Assembly: GCA_964304625.1 (NCBI GenBank)
Contig: OZ199839.1
Location: 1,738,093 to 1,802,092 of the forward strand
DNA length: 64,000 bases
Reading direction: 5' to 3'
Source of the DNA: Kudoa neothunni
Lineage: Eukaryota; Animalia; Cnidaria
The position numbers were made by a program, and so were the translations under genes. The notes beneath the pieces are model-generated. The model searched no databases and was not told the origin of the DNA. It saw only the letters and a program-made list of their open reading frames with translations. Below, in pieces: positions 50,501 through 62,683 of the stretch; position 1 is the stretch's first letter, and each line of letters opens with the position of its first letter.

Positions 50501-53500
50501 ACTCCCTCTTAAAAACATTGTTACTTATGAATAACTTATTTTTATAGATATTGTCCCAAAATTAATGCGACATTTTTAAAACAAATCAAGATAATTTTAT
50601 TAAGAAAGGAGCTTTTATATTACTCGAAAAATCTCATAATTCTCCATTCATGAGTTTTAAATGATCTTTTATAATGCTTGTTTTCTCAATGTTTTGTGGT
50701 TTATTGTGCATCAAATTACTTTTATTGAATTTTAATATTTTTCAACAAGTGATACGTATACTAATGGTAATTAACAAAATATTGAGATGTAAGATTTTCG
50801 ATAGGTTATTTTGTTAAGGAAATCATATTAGCAGCTATGGGCATATAGCATATTTTTAAATTAATTATAGTTGTTGTAAAAGTGTTTAAAGTTATACTTA
50901 AATCGATTCAATTTTTAGAATTTAAAAATTGTTAGAGGATTAAACTGGAATCTTTAGAAGGCGATATTGTCATCGTTTAGATACCCTCTTCACTCTAACA
51001 ATTCATTTAGGCTCCTAAGTATAATTTCCGTGCAAAATGTGTACTTCTTGCTCAGATGATTCGTCGGGTCATTCTCACGAATTTTAAAATTGTAATTCCA
51101 TTTATTTTATTAGTTCTCTATTTGACCGCATCTCTTCTGTCTGTTTAGATATCACCTGATGATCGAGATTACTATGGAAACAAGAGACTGGAACTTGCTG
51201 GACAAGTATTGAAGTCTTTTGATTATTTTTTAACATTGAGCTTGATTTTCTAGCTTGTTGGAATACTTTTTGAGGATCTATTCAAACGACTCAATGCCGA
51301 TGTATCCTTCTCAGTTTTTTGTCAAACTAAGTTCTCCCTGATTTCACTTTAGATCAAACGAACGGTTGAATCCGGTAGAGCCAAACCCAAATCATCTCAA
51401 GTACCATCTTTTATTTTTACAATTATTGGCTTTGTTACAAAAAATATTTATTCGTTTAACTAATTTTTATTTGATAACTTCACAATTTACTCCTTTAATT
51501 TTGTGATAGATTTTTATTTTTAATGAATTAGAGAAATATAAAAAATATTGTAAATCAATCTTCAGTGTCAAATCTGTTTAATTCAAAATGTTACATCTTA
51601 ATTTAACAAATCCAACTCTTAAAAAATATCGACTTTATCGCATTCTACCACGTAACCGTTTTTATCATAACTATTTATACAATTAAATAATTTAAATTTT
51701 ATTTTCCATGACAATGAAACTGTCTCTTTATTTCAGTTGAATGATATTAACCCTCTAATGTACCAAAAATTGACTGTACACTGATGAATTTTGGGGTAAA
51801 AAATTACCCCAGTTTTTGTTTCTCCATTCGAACCATAAAAAATATTTGATTTCAGAAAATAAAAATGGGCATAATCCCACGGGTAGATTTCACATTTTTA
51901 TCATTTAATAAATATTTTAATTATTATTTCCACAACAAAATAGAATATTTAATGAGAATAAGATTCGCAAATATTCAGAATGAATTTTGCGACAGTTTCG
52001 TACATCTGAAACGAGAAATAGGGGGTTTCTTATCAATTTTCCATAATAACATTCAAACCTTGAAAATGTTGTTAATTTATTTGATGTGCTGAGTTATAAC
52101 AGAATAGATAAGCTCTTGCTCTTAGGATTTTGGGCTTCAGGGGTGTTTCTTTCTATTAATGGAAAGATATAGTAACTTTGCTATTTCTTCAAAAACTTTC
52201 TCATAATCATATTATCTCAAAATTTTCAATCTCGTCAGATTCTTACGAAATAACAGTTGTAAAATATTCATAACCACTTTAAAGAATTTTATTCATCATT
52301 TTAATTATTATCGATGAAATCCATCTCAATTATAGCAGTGTTAAAAATAAAAAAATGAAGTCCGATGATCATTAGCATAGGTTATAACTATATAACTTCA
52401 ATTTTATTCATCAGATAAACTTAAAATTTGATCTATGTTATAATAGTTATTATTTTATGTATCAACTGGCGTGAAAAAAATCTGGGGTAATTTTTTACCC
52501 CAAAAATTCATCGGAGTGTAATCTTGTTATAATTTTTCTGATTTTATATTTTTAGTCATAATATTTTAAAATCGTATATTACTTACCTTTTTGGAAGATT
52601 AAAAAACTCGCATCTTATGAAGAGAAAACAAATCACGTATACAACCAATAACTTCTTGTTGGGGTAAAAATTTACCCCAAATTCATTAGAGGGTTAAGCA
52701 ACTATAGAACGTTAGAGCTAAACACCTCACGACAATATTTATGTTGTAATTATGCTGATTTCGTTCTACTTTTTTCTTGTCTCATAAGATTTCCACGCGA
52801 ATAATTAATTTTGTTAAGAAAAAATTGTAATTTAACCAATCGATCTTATATTTTTAATCCAAAATCGTGCTTCCTCGTTTGATTTTATAGAAAATTATGA
52901 AATATTAACGAACACTGCCATAGCAGATTGCAACGAAAGTATTTTTTTATTTCCTCAAAATTTATGCTGTTCAAAATTTTGAAAGTTTCTCTGATATATT
53001 TTTTAAGTGCTTGAAGTGAGAATGATAGATTCCATTGTTGTTTTCGATTTTACATTCGGCCTTCCATTCAAAAAATTATTAACTTTTTTATTATTTTGAT
53101 AAAATTAATAAGTGTGTGTACACCGGAGTTAAAATAGGCGATGTTACATCGTAGCCTATCAAGATGAGATCATCGGAAAATTTTAAATGTGCCCCATTTA
53201 CAATCATTCAAATTCTCTTTTTGATACAATTATAATGTTTTAATTTGAAATATATTTAATTATTTTATGTTCGACTTGATTTTTAAAAGTTTTAATAAAA
53301 ATATATGCAAAGATAACAAAAGTCATCTTATTTAAATGACTACTGTAAAAATTTTCTTTAATTATTAGGATGGAAAAATTGTGTTATTGTTTCAATTTTA
53401 ATTTTCCACATGGAAATTAATTATTACCATGTATTAATTTATATCAATTAAATATTTTGTTTAACAAATTTTTTGAATGAATATTAGATGATTTAGATTT

Positions 53501-54668
53501 ATAAACACAATAATTTAAGGGTTGCAATTATATTTTGATTATTTTTTTCGTAGTTCGATATCACCAAATTTATTCGACATGACAGCATAACAAATGGATT
53601 AAACAGTGCGATAACCACAGTAATTAAATTAGAATAGATTGAATAAATGAAACTATTCAGTCTAATTAACTTTAATTTCGATAGGGAAATTGGACTATTC
53701 GCCGTTTTAATATGCATCGTGTCGGAGTTACTCAAGTTCTTTCTCGATTATCATATATTTCTGCCTTGGGAATGATGACTAGAATCAATAGTCAGGTAAA
53801 CTCATGCCATTGAATTTATTAATTGAGATTATTCGTAGTTTGAAAAAAGTCGAAAAGTTAGTGGACCTCGTTCGTTACAACCCTCACAATGGGGCATGTT
53901 GTGCCCATCGGATACACCGGAAGGTGAAGGTTGCGGTTTGGTGAAAAATTTTGCTCTTATGACCCACATCACTACTGGAAGCAATGATGAACAAATTAAA
54001 AGAATCATTTTGAATCTCGGTGTGGATGTAAATTTATATTCTATGCACAGCATTATTTTTCGACTTCATCTCAGAGCATACATATGGTGTCAGGTGAAGA
54101 AATGTGCTCACGTCTCACCCATATAGTTTTTGTTAACGGTACTATTGTCGGTATTGTTAAACAGCATCAAAGATTCGTTCAACAATTTAAAGCACTTCGC
54201 AGAAGTACCTCCATTTAAGAAAAACCAACTTCACAACAAACACCACTTTGATCTTTTTCTCAATTATAGAGGGCTGTATTAATGAATTCATAAGTATCTA
54301 CATCAACAACGCTCAACGATGTGTTTACATCAGTACTGATGGAGGAAGATTGTGCAGGTATGATAACGATAATCGTAACATACTAAACTTTTCGGTCTAT
54401 TATAGTTAACAATATCTTTATTAGTATATCTTTGACTCTAACCTCTATTTAAGTCATTTAAGATGATAAGTTGGGATGTGGTTATATTTAAAATTCGTTG
54501 ATGAAACATTTTACCTTTTCTTAAACAGATACATTTTTTGAACAATGTGACTATTGTTGAATCAGAATATTTAGATAGGACTAAGTTTAGCCATATTTAA
54601 TTATGTGTTGCTAACAGAAGTGTAATAATGGGTCAGAAATAACTAATTATAACCGACTATAAAAAACA

Positions 54669-54705
<37 letters not shown>

Positions 54706-57700
54706 GTATAAATATGAGTTTTTCAGGAGTAAAATTGAGCTGATGCTTATGTAAACCCTTTTTTAATTCTAAACATTCTGATAACAGTAGTCGCAGACCT
54801 TTCTAATTCTTGATTAACTTTCTGAGCGCCTCAAAATCCACTATACATTTTGTGCTTTTTGGGGTCTATTAGACCCCACGTTTTTATTGGCTCATTAAAG
54901 GCGATATTTATTTTAAAGATCGTATGTAAATTTGGAACAAATTCTATCGAGGAATTTAGACACTATTGTAAAAATAATAAATGGTGACAATGTACGAGGG
55001 GGATTAACGCATCATGATAGATTTAAACCCTTCTTGGGGTTACTTCGCCCCAATCTCGTGTGATAATGACCGTTTAATTCATATTATAACATTTATAAAT
55101 CTTAATGATTTAGTAGAAAACTTATCAAATATTCTAATAAGTATTCTTAGTTACATACGCTTATATATTTTTACAGCTTTCCGTTAAATAAATATCGTAT
55201 TATTATTCATAAGAATTAATGAAGTCGATATAATTAATAAATGGTTCAAGCGAATTCAAATGACCATACATGCAACTCAAATTTTAATTGAGAGAAATCT
55301 CAAATAACTTGAAGTGAAATGATAGAAAACCATCATCAAAGTATATTAATTTCTATTATCTGCTGAGCAATCAACGCAGACAAACTGAGTGTTTCTCACA
55401 ACAAAATCATTAACAAATAAGGCACGAATGCTTAATTTTTCGGTCATTGTTCCTTGAACACAGCGTACATCTTTTTCGGCAATTTGACAAAGGAATAGGG
55501 TAATTTTTTGGTAATAGTTGAGTTTTAACCAGCACATCTTTTTCTAGCAAAAATGGTTTGACAAATTCGTCCGCAAGTTTATCCAGAAACTGTTCCCTCC
55601 TAATTTTGTTGTCATTAAATACGGCTTTGTAAAGATAAAATGATTTTATTAGGCTGATATCTAAACATTAAAAAAACAACGGTTGGCCAGCGTTTTGAGT
55701 ATCTTTTGACACTAGTCTAAGCGACAATTCGGTCGACAGTATCCGCACCACCTTTATTTTTGTTGTAATATGCAACGACTTCAGGTTTTTTGCATTCATC
55801 AGAAGCCACATTTGTATTTACTGAGGAGGTAACCAAAAGTATAACTGACTTATCTTTTTTTTTTGGGACGTAAGACACCAATATTCTTTTCCCATGGAAA
55901 AGAAAAGTGAACTATAAAGTTCCCTTGATTTATTTGCCTTCAATACTTCGGGGATGTCTCTTTTGTTTGGCCTGATTCTTCCAACCATAGTCATACCAAG
56001 ATTTAATAGTTTATTGGAGAGGGGAACTGACGTGAAATAATTATCAGTGACAACATTTCTACCACTGTCTTTTAAATAAGACACAAGGTCTAACACTATG
56101 TTTTCACCTAAACATTTTGTTCTGATTATTTTGTTTTCCAAGATCAATTGAGATATTGTGACAAAAGTTCGTTGACGGGTCAACATGAAAAAAAAATTTT
56201 ATTCCATACACAGCCGGTTTGGAAGGCATGTATTGCTCGAAAGGGCATTCCCCCTGAAGGCAACCAGTTGCTCATCAACGGTTAAATTGGAATAAGGAAC
56301 AAGACAAATAGGAAGAATTTCTTTCCACTTATCAAATATTTCCCATATTTGACAAAATTTATCGATTGGTTTTCTTTCGACTCTGATTGTACAATCGTCG
56401 AAATGGAGTGCTTTTATAATTTTAGTGAATCTTCTCAAAGGCATGATACTTCTAAATATTTCCCAACCTTTATCCTTATTCCAAAGTGTTTTTGAAGACT
56501 CTAATTTTGATTTAAAGATTGCCGGATATATCAGCACACCTATGTAAACGCAGAATTCCACATTTGATAACTGTTTCCAAGATAGACTGTAGTGATATGA
56601 GCCAAAATTACTTGTATTCCGTAAAATGGTATCATAAACGCCGTCACCGAAAAATATATCTAAGCAATCGGCAAATCCTTTTATTCTATGTGTTGCATAA
56701 GCAGTAGCACCCGGGGTTTTGTTTAAAATATTTTCTTTGCACACATTCGTTGTTTTGGGGACTTAGTATTACATATTACACCATTTTTGTCGGAATATAT
56801 ATCAAAGGATTCAATATTATTATCATCATATTCGAAAGAATCGGACAAGTTATCGCTATACTGTTCCACATCAAGGGATTTGCTGCAGTAACTTTCACAA
56901 ATATCAGAATATATATCGCCAGTTGCACTCATATCTACAGTCGAATGATTCGGTACTCCTCGCAGATCATCGTCGTCGTTTGTTTCGTTATTTTCTTTGA
57001 ATTTACTCGATAGAATCTGTTTTAATAATAATATGATGCGTATAATAATTTTTATAGTTGTTTGATCCAATAAAAACGTGGTGTCTAATCGACCCCAAAA
57101 AGCACAAAGTGTATAAAGTTTATTTATTTCCTTTATAACTGTAATATTTTTATAAAATAAATTATCATAATATTCATGTGTTCCTTATAGGAGAACACAC
57201 CGGATATAAATCCTATCTGATTCCAATAAGTATATACAATTAGTAACACAAAATGGTATATTATTTCACATGAATATATACATAACTGGAATTATTTTGG
57301 AGTAAATGTTTAAAATGAATCTAAATCTCCCACCCCTATATTTAATATTTTAGCTTTCTACAACCAACGTCTAATCAAATTTTTAATTTTGTTTTTTCGC
57401 CTGAGTGTATTAAATATATTTTGCTGCAATTTAAGATCTAATTCATTTTTATAATTTGATATAAATTATCTTTCAAATAAGACAATACATATTTTAGGGT
57501 ATTATCACCAAGGTTATTTTAAAATTATTATCTTTGAATAGCTAATAATTCATAATATATTGTTTTTATAATACTGTAATAAAATTATCCTTGCACTTTT
57601 ACATTAAACTTTTAGCATCGCATTACCGAGTCTATTATTTCTTATCTAACTTCTAATTATGTTCTGGACATGAATATTTATTAAAATATTACCTTTGAAT

Positions 57701-60201
57701 AAATATTTTAGATTATAATCTAAAGTGAAATATGCAATCCTTGTTATTCTTTAAATCATAACCAACTAGGGGGAATTTTTTTAACTTTAGGACATTACGT
57801 AAGTATTTGTGGGTCGATATAATCCTATTTTAAATTCATGAGTTTAATAAGATTGTTCTATATTGTCTCAGGGTCAAGTCTAGATATGTTCTTAAATTTT
57901 TCTATTTCGCTACATGTTAGTTTCAACAATAATATATAATTTTTTTAGGCCATATATAATAGTTAAGAACTATTTGTCTAAACTCACCGAGGAAATGATT
58001 CAACAAATTGACAAAAAGCAATTGTAAATTGTTGTCCAACTTTGGTAGAAGCAACCTATTTGTGATTTAGGGTTTTTGAAGATTTGATAAAAATGGGAGT
58101 AGTCGAATATCTTGACGTCAATGAAGAGAACGATTCCAATATTGCAATCACCGAAGAATTGATTGATGGGTAATATTTCATTGTTAGGTTCTCACTGTTT
58201 AAACTATATCAAGTGAAACTACCCATCTGGAGATTGCGCCATTCAGTATATTAGGAGTTTGTGCTGGACTTGTCCCCTATCCACATCACAATCAATCTCC
58301 TAGAAACACCTACCAATGTGCTATGGGTAAACAAGCTATGGGATCTATTGGATACAATCAACATAAAAGGTAGTTGTTTGGGCGTTTAAGTTTTTAGAAA
58401 ATGAATCCTATAATAGAATTGATACTCTGATGTATCTTCTCACCTATCCACAGGCCCCACTTGTCAAGTCGAAAGTAATTGAATATTTTGTATGTGATGG
58501 TTTGTGATTTCCGTCGTAGACCCTTGATATAATTAACTTTGATAAACTCCCTGCAGGTATGTTTTACCAACTAACTATTACTGGTAGATTATGTTTACTA
58601 ATTTTAATAACTGATAAGGTCAAAACTGTGTGGTTGCTGTGATGAGTTTCAGTGGTTTTGATATCGAGGTAATTGGCTCTTATTATTTTCTGTTGTATCA
58701 GTCGAAGAAATATTCGCCGCTATCCTAATTCATATTTGTTTGCATATTCGTTCATTAATTTTCACATTCTTTAGGATGCGTTGATAATTAATAAAGCTTC
58801 GCTGGACAGAGGTTTAGGCCGATGCCATGTGTACAGGAAAACCCAAACATCACTCAAAAGATATCGAAATCACGTACGATATTGCTTGTTTACAGCTTGA
58901 TTTTAATTTGTTATCGTGTTGACATATTTTAGACTTACGACCGAGTTATGGGTCCGTCAGTTGATATTGAAACAGGACGTCCAATATGGAGACATAAGAA
59001 CTTGGATGCTGATGGCATTGTTGCTCCAGGTTTGAACTCAAATAATTAGCTAGCACATTTCACTATAAATAATACCGTGACTAGGATCTATTATTGAAAA
59101 TCGACAAACGTTAGTCAATAAATCAACCCCCATTTCTGAGAAGTCATGTAGGTTTTAAGTGATATAAACTAATGTTCGCAACATAGTTAATTTATTTATG
59201 ATTATATATAGCATCCACTGATGGTACTGAAAGTCGGTCTGCAGTCAGGGATATAAAAGGTCAAATTGTCAACTATAAAGACACCCCTTTAAGGTATGGT
59301 TGATTGTTATTGTCGGTTTTATTCAAATGGATGACTCATCTTGATATTTTCTCAGCTATAAGGGTCCCGTTTCTACAATTTCGGAGAAAGTCATGCTAAC
59401 ATCTACCCCAGAAGATTCGTTGATAGTGAAAATGCTTTTGCGTCAAACCCGTCGACCTGAAATTGGTGACAAATTTAGCAGCAGACATGGTCAAAAAGGA
59501 GTCATTGGTTTGATTGTCGATCAAGAAGACATGCCGTTCACCGAATCAGGAATGTGTCCCGACATAATTATGAATCCGCATGGATTCCCTTCTCGTATGA
59601 CTGTTGGTAAATTGATCGAGTTGTTGTCGGGAAAAGCAGGGTTGGCTGAGGGAAAATTTCACGATGGAACTGCCTTCTCCGGTACCAAAGTTTCCGATAT
59701 CAATCAAATGCTCATTTCCAATGGTTTCAATTTGCACGGCAAAGAAGTACTCATGTCTGGAATTACTGGCGAAGTTATGGACGCATATATCTACATGGGC
59801 CCAGTTTACTACCAAAAATTGAAACACATGGTTCTAGATAAGATGCATGCTAGAGCGCGCGGACCTAGAGCTGTGCTTACAAGGCAGCCAACCGAAGGTC
59901 GTTCCGTGAAGGAGGTCTTCGTTTAGGTGAAATGGAGCGAGATTGTCTGATTGGATACGGATCCAGTATGCTCCTGGTTGAACGTCTGATGCTTTCAAGC
60001 GATTCCTACCAGGTCGATGTATGCTCCAAGTGCGGTCTTATGGGTTACTCGGGCTGGTGCAGATATTGCAGAAGCTCTGGCTCCGTTACCTCTGTGAAAA
60101 TGCCTTACGCATGCAAACTTCTCTTTCAGGAACTGCATGCGATGAATATAATACCCAGACTCTCGCTTGAAAACTACTACAAAAATTCATTGTCAAAATA
60201 G
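47504..60201 (+). CDS. POLR3B: RNA polymerase III second-largest subunit RPC2, ~30 exons, three TE-expanded introns, apparent 1-bp deletion at ~59905
   Basis: [11 protein letters not shown]|[132 protein letters not shown]. Confidence 0.97.
49135..50288 (-). mobile_element. MULE-related relic in POLR3B intron
   Basis: Right end 50165-50288 (revcomp GGGAGTGACCATTGGCACGATGAATAATATTCAGGTGAC..) matches the MITE family at 41172. Decayed coding remnant at 49728-49958. Left end uncertain. Confidence 0.45.
49975..50135. repeat. Degenerate ~30-bp tandem repeat (~5 units)
   Basis: Units like GGTTCGATAATTATATCGTGAACTTTCTA. Confidence 0.6.
51751..52693. mobile_element. Non-autonomous piggyBac (943 bp) in POLR3B intron
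   Basis: TTAA-CCCTCTAATG ... CATTAGAGGG-TTAA with three TGGGGTAA..TTACCCCA palindromes; same end architecture as 3281-5767. Confidence 0.92.
54672..54702. repeat. (AT)n microsatellite (intronic)
   Basis: Direct reading. Confidence 0.9.
54818..57118 (-). mobile_element. piggyBac element with frameshifted transposase in POLR3B intron
   Basis: Inverted repeats TATACATTTTGTGCTTTTTGGGGTCTATTAGACCCCACGTTTTTATTGG versus 57066-57115. ORF pieces [37 protein letters not shown], and a CRD at 55346-55537. Confidence 0.9.
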
Positions 60202-61652
60202 CTGTGTTATTGTTAGATCTTACCTTTTGTGTGGTTATATACGCTATCACCCCATTAAAGGTCAACCGACTGTTTAGTTTATTTTATGATAGTCTCAACA
60301 ATTGTAGATAATAGTTGTTTATAAATCTCACTTTTTTCAGGGATGTAAATTATATATTTTTATTTGCCTCTATAGAAATATAAAATACTTGCTTTCATTG
60401 GAAGTCGATTATCTAACTGTAATAATGAATGATGAATAATGAGGTTGGATTAAAATGCTTTTAATTTTTATCCATGATAATAAATTTTATCGCTTCTAAA
60501 TTTAAAGCCTAACATGTTAAGTCAGAGGAGCCAATGTTAGTTGCATTTATTGCCACGTTCCGAGGCTCATCTTCCAAGAATTAAAATATCACAAGTAATC
60601 ATGTCAAATTTCTTAAAGATGATTATTCCAATTTAATATTAGAAACTTTCTTAAAACTTGGTAAATATTTTAATATTATTAGATATATAGTTTTCGTTAT
60701 ATACAGTGTTAACTTATAGGGTTGCACTGATACCTTGGTTATGTGTGTATTTGCAAAAAGTTTCGGTGCTGTGAAAACACGAGATTTCAAAAAAGTTATA
60801 GAATAACCTAATAACATTTAAAATATAGCCTAAGCTTGTAAATATTCAATATTGTTAACTTTCAAATGTATTATTTTTATTTTTAATACTCACACGCTGT
60901 ACATAGAGGATACAAAAATAGAAATTTATTATTTTTGTTAAAGTAAATGTATTTTTCTCAATAATTTATATATTATAATTAGAGTTTTAAAAAGAGTATG
61001 ACAATTGGATTTACTTAGAGTGTGCCGGTTGAAAAACAAGTTTAATGCGTGATGCATTTATAGAATAGATAGCACATTACAGTAGATGACGGGTCGTTCT
61101 TAATCCCATTGGGACCTCAAAAAAGTTTCGAACCATCTCTCATCGACTGTAATTCTTTTTTGTTTTTTTATTATTCAGCAAATCGTTATTTGTTGTCAAA
61201 GTAATAAACTTTATTGTGTTTCTTATAAAATTGTTGCATGCTTAAAAGCCATTGGCTCTAATGAATAAAAATTAGTGGCATTAATTGCAGTCAACAATGG
61301 TTATTGCGCACGTTTTTTGGGAATGGCAAAAAGGTATGCAATACATATTCTGCGCGCAATATCCATCTAATCTCGCGCGCATGCAATATAAAACTCAATT
61401 ATTTTCTTTAAACAAACTAATTAACGCTTATTTTTTGGAAAAATTGTTATAAAAGGACATTTCTATGTATATTTTACAATTTTAGATATTCTATCCATCA
61501 CTGGGTAGAAATCATTCAATCTATTTGGGTCTCAAGTTAAAATGTTCGGCGTATTTCTAGATAGCATTCTTCCGTTTATCCACGTTTAATATTGTAGAGG
61601 TTACCTCTTTATTATTGTTGGGTGATCGTCGACGACGAAAACCAGTTTAATA

Positions 61653-62656
61653 GGTTAATGTTTACTTTAGGACCCTGGCGTGCGCAGATATTTGAAATGA
61701 AAAATGAAAATTCGTGACCAAATAATACGTATTAATTGTCAAATCTATAAATAAGTTTAATTTTATTTATGGTTTCAACAAATGCCCCTGTTCCCCCAAA
61801 TTTTTGTTTGAAAATATATTCCGATAGGTACGATTTTATCAGACTTGGTCGCTTGTTACATATCGGGTTCATTTTCCTCGTACAAGCACCCCAAACGCTT
61901 TCTATTCGGTTAGTGTTGACACCTTCCTCTGTAATAAATTCTACGGAATGATTCACGGTTTCGTGTAAAAATCCTGCAGCACCAAGTTGCCTACATCCGC
62001 ATCAACAATCAGACCATATAATAGATCAAAGTTCAACATTTCTTGTTATAATGGATTGTAGTGTTTATTGATCTCTTTGAGTGGTTGTCTCCATAAAGAT
62101 TTCCCAGCTTCATCAATACTGCCAACTATCCAGTTATCCTGGTTGGCTAGAATTCGTCCTACGTTGTATTTTCTTTTGCAGATTAGGCTTTCGTCTATTT
62201 GGAATATCATGTATGACGCGTCAATTTTTGTTGAAGTATTGAGACAATAATTCGAGTAGATGTCTCGTATGAAATTTTTCTAATCTACGACTGTTCTTTC
62301 TGAAATATTTATTTCATTCATCAAAAACTCCTGATTGGTCAATTCCTTTGAGTAATAATAGATAAGCTTCAATATTTTAACGAAGCTCAAATGACTCTGC
62401 TCGAAAAAGAGCCTTTTCTGATGGAATATCTTGTCGAGCAATATATACATTGAAAAACATACCCATCTGCTGAATGGGTTCATTTTACAATTGAAGTTGG
62501 TTGGCCACAGCACTTTTTATTGCTATTAAGTAACCCAATGTATATTAAAAAATCGATACAATATTTTTGATCTAGCTCAAGTCTGTCAATATATTTAACA
62601 TCAACTATTTCCATTCGTACAGATGTTGTTTCAGTTAGAGTAACAATGACGTCCAT
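61653..62656 (-). mobile_element. Merlin (ISXO2/IS1016-like DDE) transposon, disrupted
   Basis: FFEQSHLSFVKILKLIYY, QIDES..CKRKYNVGR, WIVG, NHSVEF..EGVNTNRIESVW, SYLSEYIF. ATG at 62656; the 5' end is interrupted by a hAT. Confidence 0.88.
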
Positions 62657-62683
62657 GATGCCGCTTTAAATTAAGATCTAAAC

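Noticed and set aside
59932-60201. Separate small zinc-finger gene or naturally split polymerase subunit
   Set aside because: It is the POLR3B C-terminus displaced by a 1-bp indel.
60623-60817. SRVFTA-containing ORF, possible hAT dimerization scrap
   Set aside because: Only one weak motif.
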